Below are positions 59,361-64,000 of a stretch of 64,000 nt of DNA, in pieces (positions within the stretch are counted from its first letter, which is position 1; each line of letters begins with the position of its first letter). The position numbers were made by a program, and so were the translations under genes. The notes beneath the pieces are model-generated. The model was not told the DNA's origin. It did no database searches and saw only the letters and a list, made by a program, of their open reading frames with translations. The DNA comes from an uncultured Spirochaetota bacterium (lineage in GTDB: Bacteria; Spirochaetota; Brevinematia; Brevinematales; JAOACQ01), in the NCBI GenBank assembly GCA_963768055.1, contig CAVYGN010000002.1:864001-928000 (forward strand), written 5' to 3'.

Positions 59361-59616
59361 TGTTATCCTCCCTGTATTTGGTCAAAATAGATTTGACCTG
59401 GATTCCTTCAAGTTTACCGATTTTTCCTGTCAGGGAGCCTATCTGGTCCGTGTCGCCCTCTATGATAAGGGATATGACGCTTATGCCTCTGTCGCGCATT
59501 GGGATTCCCATCCTGCCGACAATGATGTCGCTGTGCCCGGAGAGAATGGTGTTGAGTTGTTGTATGTGCTTTCGGTCGTTAACCAGTATAGCGATGACGC
59601 CGATTCTCTTTTCCAT
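59320..59616 (-). CDS. TM1266-family iron-only hydrogenase system regulator
   Basis: MEKRIGVIAI, IVGRMGIP, LTGKIG; directly before hydG; RBS GAGGAG. Confidence 0.85.
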   Translation of the reverse strand: MEKRIGVIAILVNDRKHIQQLNTILSGHSDIIVGRMGIPMRDRGISVISLIIEGDTDQIGSLTGKIGKLEGIQVKSILTKYREDNNEPTIDTDPKEFH

Positions 59617-59736
59617 CAGATATCTCCTCAGGATTAGCAAGACCTTTATTGAGGCTCCTTGAAACAGCGAAGTACCGTTTCTTCAGAGACAGAGGATTTT
59701 AGAATGAAGGATGATTAATTGCAAATAATTTTCAGT

Positions 59737-60606
59737 TCAGCGGACGTTCGAAACTTCGGCGAGCTCAGTATAAGTACCGTCGCCCGACGGTGCCTTGACT
59801 TTGACGACAAGTTTTCTATCCGAATCCTCTAACCAGTACCCTATGTTTTTAATGATAGGTCCCAGGAGCTTGTCTATAAAAGGGTCCGCCTCGGACCATC
59901 CCAGTCTGACTGTTTTGTAAGATCCATTAGCGGTTTGTATCGTCTCTTTTGATTGGATCGTGTAGGTATTGGGCATGGGTTCCTTCATATATTCCGGCGC
60001 TGCCGCATAAACGATTCCCCCTTTCCGGAAATCCAGGAAGCGCAATGAATAAAACATGAAAGCCTCTCCTTCCCAGACCGGAAAACCGGGTTTTATTTTT
60101 ACATAAACCCTGCTCTCGTTCGTCCGGCTGTTCAATACGGATCTTGTATTAAATTCCACACGGCCTTTATCGCTTTCAAGTTTATAATGCTCGTAAAGAA
60201 GATTTCCCATCCCGTATTTTTGCATGCTCTGCATTTCTTGTTTATTTGTTGCAAAGTACTGGTCACCCTCAAGGACCGAACCGGAACGCGGGTCTATCAG
60301 GAAGCGGGTCGGCCAGTCCGTGTAATTACCAGGCTCTCTATTCGATAAGGTGACGCTTATATTTTTAATATAGATCTTATATAAAACCGCTTCGGAAGAA
60401 TTGGATATTATCCTCGTAACGGCGTACTCATCCGAAATCTTTTCTCCGCCTGTATAATTGACGTAATGAAGGTATTCGCCGTCAGGAATTCCTATTGTGG
60501 AACACGGTTTCATGGGGACTTTCCGGTACACTTCCTTAGCGCAATCATTTAGAACGATTAATGCCGGAAGCAATATAAATAGAGCGATTATTGAATTCCT
60601 TTTCAT
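59737..60606 (-). CDS. Exported hypothetical (lipo)protein
   Basis: Signal peptide ending LNDC; beta-rich body. Confidence 0.6.
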   Translation of the reverse strand: MKRNSIIALFILLPALIVLNDCAKEVYRKVPMKPCSTIGIPDGEYLHYVNYTGGEKISDEYAVTRIISNSSEAVLYKIYIKNISVTLSNREPGNYTDWPTRFLIDPRSGSVLEGDQYFATNKQEMQSMQKYGMGNLLYEHYKLESDKGRVEFNTRSVLNSRTNESRVYVKIKPGFPVWEGEAFMFYSLRFLDFRKGGIVYAAAPEYMKEPMPNTYTIQSKETIQTANGSYKTVRLGWSEADPFIDKLLGPIIKNIGYWLEDSDRKLVVKVKAPSGDGTYTELAEVSNVR

Positions 60607-60630
60607 TTATGTTCCTTATTGATTCATTAA

Positions 60631-60673
60631 TGTCATTTCGAGCCCCCCTTTGTAAGGGCGGGGCGAGAAATCT
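60631..60673. repeat. Family-1 repeat, half copy
   Basis: TGTCATTTCGAG-hairpin-GAGAAATCT, same downstream TCCCTG..CGACTTTC as the 9849 copy. Confidence 0.75.
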
Positions 60674-60906
60674 TCCCTGCGACTTTCCTTTCAGCAGCTT
60701 CGAAACGAAGAATAAAGATATTATACATTCCTTATTTAACGGAGTGCAATAGGTATTTTATCCTATATGACAGGATTATTCATTATTCGGAATTTTTAAC
60801 CTGTCGCCGGCATTTATCCGATTCAATATTTCATTAGCGTTCTTGGCCATGTCCCCTGCTTTTATCATATTGTCCCTGTTCACCGCTGTAATGCTGTTAA
60901 ACCTGT

Positions 60907-61041
60907 TTAGATAAAAAACCGCTTCGGGTTTACCGGGTCTCTCATATCCCCGTAAATCTTTTTTACTATATTGCCGTTCTGGTCGTAAAGTGTGAGGTCG
61001 GGCCTCAACTTTTCGGCGTAAATGAAATAAAGGCTGCCGAA
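60907..61041 (-). pseudogene. Gene fragment resembling DUF2723-type membrane glycosyltransferases
   Basis: Reads FGSLYFIYAEKLRPDLTLYDQNGNIVKKIYGD... between stops; family match is from memory of the Y...E..RPD motif. Confidence 0.35.
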
Positions 61042-61237
61042 TTATTATACATATCATTCAGGGAAACATGCAATTCCCCAAAAGTATGATTTATGGAGAA
61101 AAGACATCTGCCGTAAAGTTCTGCTCTGCCCTGCGCCGTAAATGATAAAGCATATCGATTGAAAACGCCTGAAAAAAATATGTCCGCTTGTTACTATTGA
61201 TTATTATAACTAATATATTATTATTAACCGGGGTAAT

Positions 61238-62212
61238 ATGATAGAGTTTTTATTCAGGCCTTGCAAATTTATATTTACGATATTAATATTCGCTGTCTAT
61301 TCATGCCAGTTATTCGTTCCGCCGGGAGCTCTCAACTCAATGAACTCGTCTTCGTCAAGCAGCTCATCCTCTTCCGGCCCTGCCGTATTCACTGTCTATA
61401 CTGCGGGGCAGGACGCCGCAGGGAACGCCTGCTACTGGACTGGCACGGCCGAGACGCCGCTGCTGACGACGGGCGGCGGATATGCCAGCTCGATTTTTGT
61501 ATATAACGGAGCCGTTTTAACCTCGGGGTACGACTCCTTTGTGACCGGCTGTTTCTGGACGGGAATGATCGAGATACCGTTGACGGCAGCCGGCGGATTT
61601 GCTTACTCGGTCTTTGTAGCCAACGGCACTACCTATACGGCCGGGTATGACGGCGGCGGGAACGCCTGCTACTGGACGGGTACGGTCGAAACACCTTTGA
61701 CTGCGGGCGGCGGAACAGCAAATTCGATTTTTGTTTACAGCGGCATAGTCTTCACTGCAGGATATGACGCAAGCGGGAACGCCTGCTACTGGATGAATAC
61801 CGCCGAATTCCCTTTAGCCGCGGGCGGCGGAATAGCATACTCGGTCTTTGTCGATAGCGGCATTGTCTATACAGCGGGATTTGACGCAATCGGCAACGCC
61901 TGCTACTGGACGGGAACCACCGAAACCCCGTTAGCCCAGGGCAGCGCGATTGCATACTCGGTCTTTGTAACCAACGGCACGGTCTATACCGCTGGTATAG
62001 ACGCTGCCGGGAACGCCTGCTACTGGACGGGAAATGTCGAAACTATGTTAGCCGCAATTCCCGCAGTTGCAAACTCGATCTTTGTATATAACGGCACTGT
62101 CTTTACCGCAGGGTTTGATACCGGTTTGAACGCCTGCTACTGGATAGGAACGGCCGAGACTCTTTTAGCGACAAGCCCCGGAGTTGCGGCATCGATCTTT
62201 GTAACGCCTTAA
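61238..62212 (+). CDS. Lipoprotein with seven 39-aa repeats (probable beta-propeller)
   Basis: Lipobox VYSC, poly-Ser linker, 7x VYTAG.D..GNACYW.G..E..L....A.SIFV. Confidence 0.8.
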   Translation: MIEFLFRPCKFIFTILIFAVYSCQLFVPPGALNSMNSSSSSSSSSSGPAVFTVYTAGQDAAGNACYWTGTAETPLLTTGGGYASSIFVYNGAVLTSGYDSFVTGCFWTGMIEIPLTAAGGFAYSVFVANGTTYTAGYDGGGNACYWTGTVETPLTAGGGTANSIFVYSGIVFTAGYDASGNACYWMNTAEFPLAAGGGIAYSVFVDSGIVYTAGFDAIGNACYWTGTTETPLAQGSAIAYSVFVTNGTVYTAGIDAAGNACYWTGNVETMLAAIPAVANSIFVYNGTVFTAGFDTGLNACYWIGTAETLLATSPGVAASIFVTP

Positions 62213-62222
62213 TCTAAAAAAT

Positions 62223-62251
62223 TTGCAAATCATAATATTAATCTTTATAAT
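62223..62251 (+). promoter_or_regulatory. Sigma70-type promoter of aroA
   Basis: TTGCAA-17 nt-TATAAT. Confidence 0.5.
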
Positions 62252-62284
62252 CTTTACCCCCTGGTTATTGATAAGGATAAATCT

Positions 62285-63580
62285 ATGAGCGGAGCATATC
62301 CGGTACATCCCTATAAAAAGGGTGTCTTGAAAGCCGAGGTAAGCCTGCCCGGATCGAAAAGCATAACGAACCGGGCTCTCTTGCTTGCGGCCCTTGCAGA
62401 GGGAGAAACGAGGCTTTTTAATTTTCTTTTTTCAGACGATACTCTCTTCATGGCAAAAGCCCTTGTGCAGGCAGGGATTTCTATAAATCCCGATAAAAGT
62501 AAAAATGCCTGCGTGGTCGGAGGAGGACGGCTGCCTGTGGGGCCTCAATCGTTCTTTCTCGGCAACGCAGGGACCGCAATGCGGTTTTTAACCGCATATT
62601 TTACTCTGGGAAAGGGGGAATTCTACCTTGACGGGGACATGAGAATGCGGCAGCGCCCGATAAAAGACCTGCTGGACGCTCTCACCGAACTCGGATGCAA
62701 TATAAAATCCGAAAATCCGGACGGATGCCCCCCGGTCATTATAAATGCCGGAGGTCTTCAGGGCGGACACTGCACGGTGGCCGGGGAAAACTCGAGCCAG
62801 TATATTTCATCCCTTTTAATGGCCTCTCCCTGCGCCAGGGAAACGGTAAGGATAGAAACGGCCGGAAAGGTATCCTCGGGGCCTTATGTGGATATGACTC
62901 TCGGCATGATGGATCAGTTCGGAGTAAAATGCCTAAGAAACGGCTACAGGGAATTCCTGACCTCCCCCGCAAGATATTCAAATCTCCCGGAATACATAAT
63001 CGAACCTGACGCATCGAGTTCTTCATATTTCCTGGCTGCTGCGGCTATACTTGGAGGCGAAATTACACTTAAGGGTCTCGGTTCCGGCTCCATACAGGGG
63101 GATATAAGGTTTGCCTCGGTCCTTGAAAAAATGGGCTGCGAAGTCGATATAGGACCGGACAGCATCAGGCTGGCCTCGGACGGGAGGTTAAGGGGTATAA
63201 GCGAGGATATGAACGATATCCCTGACATGGCCCCGACGCTTGCCGTATGCGCCCTGTTCGCGGACGGGCCGACAGAAATTAAAAATGTGCCTAACCTGAG
63301 AATAAAAGAAAGCGACAGGATAAGCGCTCTTTCAGCCGAGTTAAAAAAACTCGGGGCTGAAATAACGGAAAATATCGACGGTCTTGAAATTTTTCCGAGG
63401 GCCCTTTATAATAGCGCGGTAATAAATACATATAACGACCATAGGATAGCAATGTCCTTTTCAATAGCCGGTTTAAAGATCGAAGGGATTGAAATTGACA
63501 ACCCCTCATGCGTGTCGAAAACTTTTCCCGATTTCTTTTTTTATTTCGGCAGGATTTTTGATAATCCTCTTAATTTTTGA
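62285..63580 (+). CDS. aroA: EPSP synthase
   Basis: PGSKSITNR, GNAGTAMR, SSQY, R.KESDR, DHRIAM, KTFP. Confidence 0.96.
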   Translation: MSGAYPVHPYKKGVLKAEVSLPGSKSITNRALLLAALAEGETRLFNFLFSDDTLFMAKALVQAGISINPDKSKNACVVGGGRLPVGPQSFFLGNAGTAMRFLTAYFTLGKGEFYLDGDMRMRQRPIKDLLDALTELGCNIKSENPDGCPPVIINAGGLQGGHCTVAGENSSQYISSLLMASPCARETVRIETAGKVSSGPYVDMTLGMMDQFGVKCLRNGYREFLTSPARYSNLPEYIIEPDASSSSYFLAAAAILGGEITLKGLGSGSIQGDIRFASVLEKMGCEVDIGPDSIRLASDGRLRGISEDMNDIPDMAPTLAVCALFADGPTEIKNVPNLRIKESDRISALSAELKKLGAEITENIDGLEIFPRALYNSAVINTYNDHRIAMSFSIAGLKIEGIEIDNPSCVSKTFPDFFFYFGRIFDNPLNF

Positions 63581-63606
63581 CATTTTTTCAAGATAAGTAG
63601 TATAAT
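63577..63606 (+). promoter_or_regulatory. Consensus sigma70 promoter for tRNA-Thr/rpmG/tRNA-Trp
   Basis: TTGACA-18 nt-TATAAT; the -35 overlaps the aroA stop codon. Confidence 0.7.
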
Positions 63607-63620
63607 AAAAGATGCTTCAA

Positions 63621-63693
63621 GCCCATATAGCTCAGCTGGTAGAGCACCTCCATGGTAAGGAGGGGGTCGGCGGTTCAATCCCGCCTGTGGGCT
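63621..63693 (+). tRNA. tRNA-Thr(GGT)
   Basis: Acceptor GCCCATA/TGTGGGC, anticodon arm CCTCC-ATGGTAA-GGAGG, TTCAATC T-loop; CCA not encoded. Confidence 0.95.
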
Positions 63694-63719
63694 AATGGAA
63701 ATTGTGATGGGGTGTAATT

Positions 63720-63872
63720 ATGCAAATTGTAACTCTTGAATGCGAGGTCTGCGGGGAGAGGTTTTACACAACCAATAAAACTAAAGAAATGGTGCAACAG
63801 AGGGTCAAACTCCATTTAAAAAAATATTGCCCCCGCTGCAGAAAGCATACGGCCCAAAAGGAAGTAAAATAA
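63720..63872 (+). CDS. rpmG: 50S ribosomal protein L33 (Zn-binding form)
   Basis: [11 protein letters not shown]...YTT.K...[16 protein letters not shown]; below the ORF-track cutoff. Confidence 0.93.
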   Translation: MQIVTLECEVCGERFYTTNKTKEMVQQRVKLHLKKYCPRCRKHTAQKEVK

Positions 63873-63910
63873 TACCGCCGGTAAGAAAAACGGTTTTTAG
63901 TAATAAAAAT

Positions 63911-63983
63911 AGGCCTGTAGCTCAATTGGCAGAGTAGCGGTCTCCAAAACCGTTGGTTGGGGGTTCGATTCCCTCCAGGCCTG
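63911..63983 (+). tRNA. tRNA-Trp(CCA)
   Basis: Acceptor AGGCCTG/CAGGCCT, anticodon loop CTCCAAA, TTCGATT T-loop; CCA not encoded. Confidence 0.95.
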
Positions 63984-64000
63984 ATTACCAGGAGTTTAAT

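Noticed and set aside
61421..62145. Regularly spaced identical 15-mers as a CRISPR array or DGR repeats
   Set aside because: The 117-nt period is in frame within a coding repeat, the spacers resemble each other, and no cas or reverse transcriptase gene is present
63621..63983. No tuf between tRNA-Thr and rpmG; tRNAs without encoded CCA
   Set aside because: Both are common variations among bacteria

Overview
Bacterial chromosomal window, probably from an anaerobe. A spirochaete (Brevinematales-like) origin is my impression from protein style, not demonstrated. In order: 3' end of cysS, ccdA, an SPFH protein, a Liv-type ABC importer with a phenylacetate-CoA ligase, and a polysaccharide locus (GH26, clan-A hydrolase with CBM, PilZ-less BcsA-like GT2 synthase, PEGA/beta-propeller). 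Next come an M14 peptidase, a TolC-MacAB exporter, a divergent luxE-luxC pair without luxAB/luxD, a four-gene NAD(P)-linked [FeFe]-hydrogenase operon and a pterin operon. A patch of small accessory genes is followed by archease-rtcB, mtaB, a GH94 phosphorylase and a hydrogenase maturation operon (TM1266-like, hydG, SDR, hydE, ppk2, aspA-like; no hydF). The window ends with a 7-repeat beta-propeller lipoprotein, aroA, tRNA-Thr, rpmG and tRNA-Trp. No CRISPR, integrase, transposase or reverse transcriptase was found. Intergenic DNA holds two dispersed palindromic repeat/MITE families, a heptamer array, three short gene relics missed by the ORF track and two candidate regulatory leaders. Best candidates for undescribed biology: the luxEC/hydrogenase/exporter arrangement, the GT2 polysaccharide locus with its candidate attenuator, and the maturation operon with an altered aspartase.
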